Below are positions 57,643-64,000 of a stretch of 64,000 bases of DNA, one piece after another (position 1 is the stretch's first letter; every line of letters begins with the position of its first letter). A program made the position numbers and the translations under genes. The notes below the pieces were generated by a model, which saw only the letters and a list, made by a program, of their open reading frames with translations, was not told the origin of the DNA and ran no database searches. The stretch comes from Candidatus Omnitrophota bacterium. GTDB taxonomy: Bacteria; Omnitrophota; Gorgyraeia; Gygaellales; UBA12090. Location: positions 66,357 through 130,356 of the forward strand of contig JAUSCZ010000029.1 in the NCBI GenBank assembly GCA_030674475.1, read 5' to 3'.

Positions 57643-58899
57643 ATGGAAAAAGTAAACATCGTAAATTTAAAAGAAATGAAAATCACGGAGTTGAATAAGC
57701 TGGCCAAAGAATTGAACGTCAACGGCTTAAGCGGAATAAGGAAACAGGACCTTATTTTTAAGATCCTCCAGGCCCAGGCGGAAAAAGACGGATTGATGTT
57801 CGGAGAGGGGGTCTTGGAGATTCTCTCCGAGGGCTTTGGTTTCTTGCGTTCGCCAAATTATAATTATCTGCCCTGTCCCGATGATATCTATGTTTCTCCT
57901 TCTCAGATTCGTAAGTTTGATATGCGCACCGGCGACACGGTAAGCGGCCAGATTCGTCCGCCCAAGGAAGGCGAGAAATATTTCGCCCTGCTTAAGGTTG
58001 AAGCGGTGAATTTTGAGAATCCCGAAGGCCTTAAGGAAAAGGTACTTTTTGATAATCTCACCCCCGTGTATCCTCACGACAGGTTTATTTTAGAGATCAG
58101 CCCCAATGAGGTTTCGATGCGGATTATGGATTTGCTTGCCCCTATCGGCAAGGGCCAGCGCGGTTTGATTGTGGCTCCTCCTTACAGCGGCAAGACCGTG
58201 CTTCTGCAAAGAATCGCCAATTCCATTATGCACAATAACCCGGATGTGATTTTGATTGTTCTTTTGATTGACGAACGTCCGGAAGAGGTAACCGAGATGC
58301 AGCGTTTGGTTAAGGGTGAGGTGATTTCTTCAACTTTTGACGAACCGCCGGAGCGTCATGTCCAGGTAGCTGAAGTGGTGCTGGAGAAGGCCAAACGTTT
58401 AATTGAGCACAAGAAGGATGTGGTGATCCTTTTAGACAGCATCACCAGGCTGGCCCGGGCCTATAACTCAGTTATTCCCCACAGCGGAAAGATTCTCTCC
58501 GGAGGAGTTGATGCCAACGCCTTGCAGAAGCCCAAACGTTTTTTCGGGGCGGCCAGGGCTGTTGATGAGGGAGGGAGCCTGACCATAATCGCTACCGCCC
58601 TCGTTGATACCGGCAGCCGTATGGATGAAGTTATTTTTGAGGAGTTCAAGGGAACCGGCAATATGGAGATTCAGCTTGACCGCAATCTCTTTCAAAGAAG
58701 GATATATCCGGCAATAGAGATTAAACGTTCAAATACCCGGCATGAGGAGCTTCTGCTTAAGCCGGATGAGTTGAACAAGATTTGGATCCTGCGCAAGGTG
58801 CTTAATGAATTAAATAATGTGGAGGCAATGGAGCTTTTGATTGAAAAGCTCGGTAAGACCAAGTCCAATACTGAGTTTTTAAATAGTATGAATCGATAA
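57643..58899 (+). CDS. rho: Transcription termination factor Rho
   Basis: N-terminal RNA-binding domain, Walker [10 protein letters not shown]-loop and R-loop. 418 aa. Confidence 0.95.
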   Translation: MEKVNIVNLKEMKITELNKLAKELNVNGLSGIRKQDLIFKILQAQAEKDGLMFGEGVLEILSEGFGFLRSPNYNYLPCPDDIYVSPSQIRKFDMRTGDTVSGQIRPPKEGEKYFALLKVEAVNFENPEGLKEKVLFDNLTPVYPHDRFILEISPNEVSMRIMDLLAPIGKGQRGLIVAPPYSGKTVLLQRIANSIMHNNPDVILIVLLIDERPEEVTEMQRLVKGEVISSTFDEPPERHVQVAEVVLEKAKRLIEHKKDVVILLDSITRLARAYNSVIPHSGKILSGGVDANALQKPKRFFGAARAVDEGGSLTIIATALVDTGSRMDEVIFEEFKGTGNMEIQLDRNLFQRRIYPAIEIKRSNTRHEELLLKPDELNKIWILRKVLNELNNVEAMELLIEKLGKTKSNTEFLNSMNR

Positions 58900-58928
58900 T
58901 CGTGTATTTGTTAATCTAAGGAATCATA

Positions 58929-59069
58929 AAATAACCAATGACCAAATCCCAAATCACAAACAATAACCAAACACCAAATAACAATAATCAAGTAATCAGG
59001 AAAAAAGATTATGTTTGGATAATTGGTTATTGGAATTTATTTGGTTATTGGAAATTGGTTATTGGTGAT
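58929..59069. repeat. Long 'aaccaa / ttggtt' inverted-repeat element (family I) between rho and rpmE
   Basis: ataaccaatgaccaaatcccaaatcacaaacaataaccaaacaccaaata ... ttggataattggttattggaatttatttggttattggaaattggttattgg. Confidence 0.6.
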
Positions 59070-59091
59070 TTAGCATAGGAGGTAATAAAAA

Positions 59092-59289
59092 ATGAAAGAA
59101 GGAATTCATCCCAAGTACCAGGATGCAACCATTATCTGCGCCTGTGGCGAGGTCATTCATACCCGTTCCACCAAGCCGAATATCCGGGTGGAAATTTGTT
59201 CCAAGTGCCATCCCTTTTATACCGGCAAGCAAAAACTTATGGATTTGGCCGGAAGAGTGGATAAATATGTGAAGAAGTATAAGAAGTAA
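59092..59289 (+). CDS. rpmE: 50S ribosomal protein L31
   Basis: CxxC ... [12 protein letters not shown] zinc-ribbon L31. 65 aa. Confidence 0.9.
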   Translation: MKEGIHPKYQDATIICACGEVIHTRSTKPNIRVEICSKCHPFYTGKQKLMDLAGRVDKYVKKYKK

Positions 59290-59411
59290 TGCCGAATTTC
59301 TAATGACGAATTCCGAACGAATGCCTAATTCTTTAATACCCAAATGTCTAATTAGGCATTAAGTCATTTGAAAATTAATTCGTCATTCGGGTTTCGTCAT
59401 TTGTCATTAAT
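59287..59411. repeat. MITE-like repeat family A, copy 4 (inverted orientation)
   Basis: taatgccgaatttctaatgacgaattccgaacgaatg ... attcgtcattcgggtttcgtcatt, the reverse complement of copy 3. Confidence 0.8.
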
Positions 59412-59439
59412 GTAAATTATATTTATATTTGTAATAACT

Positions 59440-60507
59440 ATGTTTGAGAAATTAGAAAATATAGAAAAGCGTTATGTCGAGCTGGAGCATAAGCTGGCTG
59501 ACCCGGTGCTTATCCAGGATAAAAACCAATATCAGAAATTGGCCAAGGAGTTCTCCGACATTGGGGAGGCGGTTAATAAATACCGCCGGTTAAAAACTTT
59601 GTCGGGAGAATTAAAAGAGCTTGAGGAAATGGCCAAGAATGAATCCGCGGACGCGGAATTCGGGCTGTTGGTTAAAAAAGAAATTCCGGAATTAAGGGAA
59701 AAAATAACTAATCTTGAAAGAGAATTAAAAAAACTCCTTCAGGGGGAGGATACGGAAGAAAACCGGGATGTCATAGTTGAAATCCGGGCCGGAACCGGAG
59801 GGGATGAAGCCGGTATATTTGTGGGAAATCTTTTTAGGATGTATAATAAGTATGCCCTGAATCATAAGTGGGATGTAGAAATGATGTCCGGGAATCCTAC
59901 GGAAGTGGGAGGCTTTAAAGAGGCAATTTTTTCAGTTAAAGGAAAAGGCGCCTACAGAGGCTTTAAGTATGAATCCGGGGTGCATCGAGTCCAGCGGGTG
60001 CCGGCAACCGAGGCCTCGGGGCGAATCCATACCTCAACCGCCACTGTGGCGGTGATGATGGAGGCTAAGGATGTAGAGATAGTCATTGATCCTAAAGATT
60101 TAAAGATTGATGTCTTCAGGTCTTCGGGGCCCGGGGGACAATCGGTAAACACCACGGATTCGGCAGTGAGGATTACCCATCTGCCCACGGCAACGGTGGT
60201 AACCTGTCAGGACGAACGTTCGCAGTTAAAGAACAGGAATAAGGCCTTAAGGGTGTTAAAGACCAGGATCCTGGATAAGATGCGCCAGGATGAGCTGGCC
60301 AAGATTACCCAGGAGCGCCGCTCGCAGATCGGCACCGGAGACCGCAGTGAGAAGATTAGGACTTATAATTATCCGGATCGCCGGGTAACCGACCACCGGG
60401 TCGGGCTAACCGTGTATCAATTGGAGAGTGTTTTGGAGGGCGAGATTGAAGAGTTTGTGAACGCCCTCTTGGCAGCGGAAGAAGTCAAATACAACGCCGC
60501 AACTTAA
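59440..60507 (+). CDS. prfA: Peptide chain release factor 1
   Basis: PAT tripeptide (RVPATE) and GGQ (SGPGGQSVN). 355 aa. Confidence 0.95.
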   Translation: MFEKLENIEKRYVELEHKLADPVLIQDKNQYQKLAKEFSDIGEAVNKYRRLKTLSGELKELEEMAKNESADAEFGLLVKKEIPELREKITNLERELKKLLQGEDTEENRDVIVEIRAGTGGDEAGIFVGNLFRMYNKYALNHKWDVEMMSGNPTEVGGFKEAIFSVKGKGAYRGFKYESGVHRVQRVPATEASGRIHTSTATVAVMMEAKDVEIVIDPKDLKIDVFRSSGPGGQSVNTTDSAVRITHLPTATVVTCQDERSQLKNRNKALRVLKTRILDKMRQDELAKITQERRSQIGTGDRSEKIRTYNYPDRRVTDHRVGLTVYQLESVLEGEIEEFVNALLAAEEVKYNAAT

Positions 60508-60511
60508 AAAT

Positions 60512-61348
60512 ATGACCGAGAAAGAGATTTTGCTTAGTTCGATATTTAACTGTTCCCGAAGCGCCTTGTATAGCCAGGAGTGGTCTTTAACTGCCGCGCA
60601 AGCTAAAAAGTTATCCGAGGCTTTATTTTTACGCTCTCAAGGGGTGCCTTTGCAGTATATCCTGGGTGAGGTGGAGTTTTTTGGGCTGGTGTTTCAGGTA
60701 GACAGCAGGGTTCTCATTCCCCGTCCGGAGACGGAAATTTTGGTGGAGACAGTTTTAAAGAAAATCAAAAATCAAAAAATCCCTGTCTGCCGGCAGACAG
60801 AAAAAATCAAAATTCTGGATGTGGGAACCGGTTCGGGCTGTATTGCCATAAGTTTAGCCAAATTTCTCACCTTCGCGCGAGTAACCGCGATTGATATGTC
60901 AGGGGATGCCCTAAGCGCGGCCAAAGAAAACGCGAGCAAGAATTCAGTCCGCGATAGAATAAATTTTCTTCCGAGCGATCTGTTTTCAGTTTTCAAGAAA
61001 AATAATGTTAATAATCGCTTAGGGAATTATGATATAATTATCTCTAATCCTCCTTACGTGCGTTCCGGCGACATCAACGGTTTGCAGAAAGAACTTGCCT
61101 ATGAGCCGAGAATGGCTTTGGACGGAGGGGAGGATGGCCTGGATTTTTACCGGCGCGTAATAGCTGAGGCCGGCAATTTTTTGAACAAAGAAGGCCTGCT
61201 TTTTCTGGAGATAGGTTTCAACCAGCGAGAGGATATTGAGAAAATAGTTTTCGCGGGAAATGATTTTGCTGTTGATGAGATAATCAAGGATTATTCGGGG
61301 ATAGAAAGAGTGATGATATTGAGGAAGCATGGAAAAGTTAGTAATTGA
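60512..61348 (+). CDS. prmC: Release factor glutamine methyltransferase
   Basis: GTGSGCIAI SAM-binding motif and NPPY (ISNPPYV), directly after prfA. Contains a palindrome E variant at 60781-60800. Confidence 0.85.
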   Translation: MTEKEILLSSIFNCSRSALYSQEWSLTAAQAKKLSEALFLRSQGVPLQYILGEVEFFGLVFQVDSRVLIPRPETEILVETVLKKIKNQKIPVCRQTEKIKILDVGTGSGCIAISLAKFLTFARVTAIDMSGDALSAAKENASKNSVRDRINFLPSDLFSVFKKNNVNNRLGNYDIIISNPPYVRSGDINGLQKELAYEPRMALDGGEDGLDFYRRVIAEAGNFLNKEGLLFLEIGFNQREDIEKIVFAGNDFAVDEIIKDYSGIERVMILRKHGKVSN

Positions 61349-62591
61349 AGGCGGAATTCCTTTAAAAGGAATTGTTACGGTAAGCGGGGCCAAGAACTCG
61401 GTGCTGCCTCTTTTGGCGGCTTGTCTCTTGACTAACGAGCGCTGTCGGATTAAAAATGTGCCTAATCTCAGGGATGTGTCTACTATGATTAAGATATTGC
61501 GTTCCCTGGGGGCAACCGCTGAATTTTCTAACGGTGAGGTAACTGTTGAAGCCAAAAATCTGAAAAGTCACACCGCTGATTATAAATTAGTTTCTACTAT
61601 GCGGGCATCATTTTGCGTGTTGGGGCCGCTTTTGGGAAGGTTTAGAAAAGCCAAGGTTTCCCTTCCCGGAGGCTGTATTATCGGGGTGAGGCCGGTGGAT
61701 TTACATCTTAAGGGAATTCAGTCCTTGGGAGCGAAGGTAGATATTCAGGGCGGCTATGTGGTGGTTGAAGCCAAACATCTTTGCGGGGGGAATATGTATC
61801 TGGGAGGAGCCTTTGGCTCATCGGTCCTGGCTACGGACAATGTGATGATGGCGGCGGTGTTAGCTAAGGGTAAAACCGTGATTGAATCAGCGGCCTGTGA
61901 GCCTGAGGTAGTGGATTTAGCCAACTTTTTAAACAAGATGGGAGCTAAAATCCGGGGCCAGGGGACGCCCTGCATTGAAATAGAAGGGGTGCGCCACTTG
62001 CACGGAACCGATTATCAGGTAATTCCTGACCGCATTGAGGCCGGCACGCTTGTTTTGGCGGCGGCTATCACCAAAGGTGACTGCGTCATCAAGGGAGCGT
62101 TTAAAGAGCACTTAGCGGCAGTCTTGGATAAGCTGGCTGATTGCGGGGTTAAGATTGAAGACGCGGATGGAGGGTTAAGAGTCCGGCCGCGGAAAAATTT
62201 AAAGCCGGTAAATATTACCACCCTGCCTTATCCTTGCTTTCCTACGGATATGCAGGCCCAGATGATGTCGTTGATGAGCGTAACCCCGGGAGTAAGCGTG
62301 TTTACCGAGAAAATCTATCCGGACAGATTTATGCATGTGGCTGAACTTAACCGGATGGGGGCAAAGATTATGCGCGAAGGCCCCCACGCGATTATCGAAG
62401 GCAAGAAGTCATTGTCCGGAGCTCCGGTGATGGCCTCGGACCTGAGGGCCTCGGCGGCCTTAGTTTTGGCGGGACTGGTGGCTAAGGGTAAGACTGAGAT
62501 TTCCCGTATCTATCACCTTGACCGCGGCTACGAAAATATGGAATTAAAACTGCAAAAGTTAGGGGCCAGGGTCTGGAGGGAGAAGGAATGA
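61329..62591 (+). CDS. murA: UDP-N-acetylglucosamine 1-carboxyvinyltransferase
   Basis: EPSP-synthase-like fold with the active-site Cys loop (KNSVLPLLAA ... RPVDLHL). 420 aa. Confidence 0.95.
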   Translation: MEKLVIEGGIPLKGIVTVSGAKNSVLPLLAACLLTNERCRIKNVPNLRDVSTMIKILRSLGATAEFSNGEVTVEAKNLKSHTADYKLVSTMRASFCVLGPLLGRFRKAKVSLPGGCIIGVRPVDLHLKGIQSLGAKVDIQGGYVVVEAKHLCGGNMYLGGAFGSSVLATDNVMMAAVLAKGKTVIESAACEPEVVDLANFLNKMGAKIRGQGTPCIEIEGVRHLHGTDYQVIPDRIEAGTLVLAAAITKGDCVIKGAFKEHLAAVLDKLADCGVKIEDADGGLRVRPRKNLKPVNITTLPYPCFPTDMQAQMMSLMSVTPGVSVFTEKIYPDRFMHVAELNRMGAKIMREGPHAIIEGKKSLSGAPVMASDLRASAALVLAGLVAKGKTEISRIYHLDRGYENMELKLQKLGARVWREKE

Positions 62592-62626
62592 AGCCGAATC
62601 ATTCCCATGGAATTATCAACATTATT

Positions 62627-62655
62627 GTAGGGGCAGGTTCAGAACCTGCCCCTAC
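62627..62655 (+). terminator. Strong hairpin after murA (gtaggggcaggtt cagaa cctgcccctac), nested in an outer inverted repeat gaagccgaat / atcggcttc
   Basis: 12-bp GC-rich stem. There is no clear poly-T tract, so a terminator function is uncertain. Confidence 0.4.
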
Positions 62656-62698
62656 TCCTGAAAACCATCGGCTTCATTGATAGAGGAGTTGTAAAGAT

Positions 62699-63268
62699 AT
62701 GATTCTAATGATTGATAATTATGACTCTTTTACTTACAACCTGGTGCAGTATCTGGGTGAATTAGGAGAAAATCTTAAGGTTTTCCGCAACGATAAGATT
62801 ACCCTTAAAAAGATAAAGGCTCTGTGTCCGGGTAAGATTGTGATTTCTCCCGGCCCCGGCACGCCCGCTGAAGCCGGCATATCCAAGGAATTGATTCGGG
62901 AGTTTGCCGGTAAGGTTCCGGTATTAGGGGTATGTCTTGGCCATCAGTGTATCGGTGAGGTTTACGGGGGAAAAGTTATCCCGGCTAAAAGGCTGATGCA
63001 CGGCAAGACCTCGCTTATCTATCATAACTCTAAAAGTATTTTCAAAAATATACCCAACCCTTTTGAGGCTACCCGCTATCATTCCCTGTTGGTAGAAAAA
63101 AAATCCTTGCCGGATTGCTTAGAGATAACTGCCTGGACCAAGGAGGGTGAGATTATGGGCCTACAGCATAAGGAGTATCCTTTATTCGGGGTGCAGTTTC
63201 ATCCTGAGTCAATCTTAACCAAGGCCGGTAAAGACATCTTGAGGAATTTCCTGAAAGTCAAGTTATGA
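62699..63268 (+). CDS. trpG: Anthranilate synthase component II / aminodeoxychorismate synthase glutamine amidotransferase
   Basis: Class I glutamine amidotransferase triad (GVCLGHQ, HPES). 189 aa. Confidence 0.85.
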   Translation: MILMIDNYDSFTYNLVQYLGELGENLKVFRNDKITLKKIKALCPGKIVISPGPGTPAEAGISKELIREFAGKVPVLGVCLGHQCIGEVYGGKVIPAKRLMHGKTSLIYHNSKSIFKNIPNPFEATRYHSLLVEKKSLPDCLEITAWTKEGEIMGLQHKEYPLFGVQFHPESILTKAGKDILRNFLKVKL

Positions 63269-64000
63269 TAAAAGAAGCCCTCACCGCCTTAATTGACAAA
63301 AACGATCTTACTCAGATTCAGGTGCAATCCGTGTTTGAAGAGATAATGCAAGGCAGGTTGAGTCCGGTGTGGATATCCGCTTTTTTAATTGCCTTGCGGA
63401 TGAAGGGTGAAACCGCGCAAGAGATTACCGGAGCAGCCTTGGCCATGCGCAAGTTTGTCAAAAGAATAAATATTAAAGAAGATGTTGTTTTGGACACCTG
63501 CGGCACCGGAGGGGATATTAAACATACCTTTAATATTTCTACTATTTCGGCCTTGGTGGCCGCCGGATGCGGCCTGGTGGTGGCTAAACACGGAAACCGC
63601 GCGGTCTCTAGTTTATGCGGAAGCGCTGACTTGTTGGAGGCCTTAGGGGTAAATATCAATATAGATGAAAAAAAGGTTGAGGAATGTTTAAGGACCGTAG
63701 GCATTGGATTTCTTTTCGCCCAGAGCCTGCATCCGGCAATGAAATACGCCGCCGGGGTGCGTAAGGAATTAGGCCTGCGCACCATCTTTAACCTCCTGGG
63801 CCCTTTAACCAACCCGGCTTTTGCCACCCATCAGCTGTTGGGGGTTTACGATCCTAAGCTATTGATTGTTTTGGCTAAGGTCCTGGCTAATCTGGGGGTT
63901 AAGCACGGTTTGGTTGTTCACGGTTTAGACGGCTTAGATGAAATTACCACTACCACTTTTACTAAGATATGCGAGCTAAAAAATAAGAAACTGCGCTCTT
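63265..64000 (+). CDS. trpD: Anthranilate phosphoribosyltransferase (3' end outside window)
   Basis: ATG at 63265 overlaps the trpG stop. Motifs CGTGGD ... HGNRAVSS ... GPLTNP. Frame is open to the end of the window. Confidence 0.85.
   Translation, partial: MIKEALTALIDKNDLTQIQVQSVFEEIMQGRLSPVWISAFLIALRMKGETAQEITGAALAMRKFVKRINIKEDVVLDTCGTGGDIKHTFNISTISALVAAGCGLVVAKHGNRAVSSLCGSADLLEALGVNINIDEKKVEECLRTVGIGFLFAQSLHPAMKYAAGVRKELGLRTIFNLLGPLTNPAFATHQLLGVYDPKLLIVLAKVLANLGVKHGLVVHGLDGLDEITTTTFTKICELKNKKLRS

Overview
Bacterial chromosome window with moderate GC content. About 80 protein-coding genes were found and every one is on the + strand. No rRNA, tRNA or CRISPR array was found. The genes fall into five groups. 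(1) A complete phosphate uptake locus: pstS 3' end, pstC, pstA, two tandem pstB paralogs, phoU. (2) A conserved isoprenoid, translation and transcription block: uppS, cdsA, dxr, rseP, ispG, proS, rimP, nusA, infB, trpS, with two orphan CpaF/TadA-type secretion ATPases flanking proS. (3) A small accessory island at about 26.9-30.6 kb. It carries a DUF4258 plus YgiT zinc-finger toxin-antitoxin pair, a PIN-domain gene with a downstream small ORF bracketed by a ~110-bp direct repeat, two composition-atypical unknown proteins, and a truncated DNA methyltransferase with restriction-modification debris. (4) Queuosine genes (QueG-like, queH, queA, tgt), with a DinD/Bro-N gene inserted between queA and tgt. 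(5) A Wood-Ljungdahl carbonyl/methyl-branch cluster (fhs, fchA, folD, metF, cooC, cooS, ferredoxin, NADH oxidase / CoA-disulfide reductase (Nox/CoADR)-type flavoprotein, acsB), followed by polA, glgA, coaE, rho, rpmE, prfA, prmC, murA, trpG and trpD. The window is unusually rich in short interspersed repeats. There are at least eight families: ~125-bp MITE-like elements with terminal inverted repeats, 20-bp GC palindromes, 'aaccag' hairpin elements that end exactly at start codons, and heptanucleotide x4 tandem arrays, two of which lie in frame inside tgt and trmD. The organism is probably an anaerobic bacterium that uses CO dehydrogenase / acetyl-CoA synthase. The most likely places for novel biology are the accessory island and the repeat architecture.
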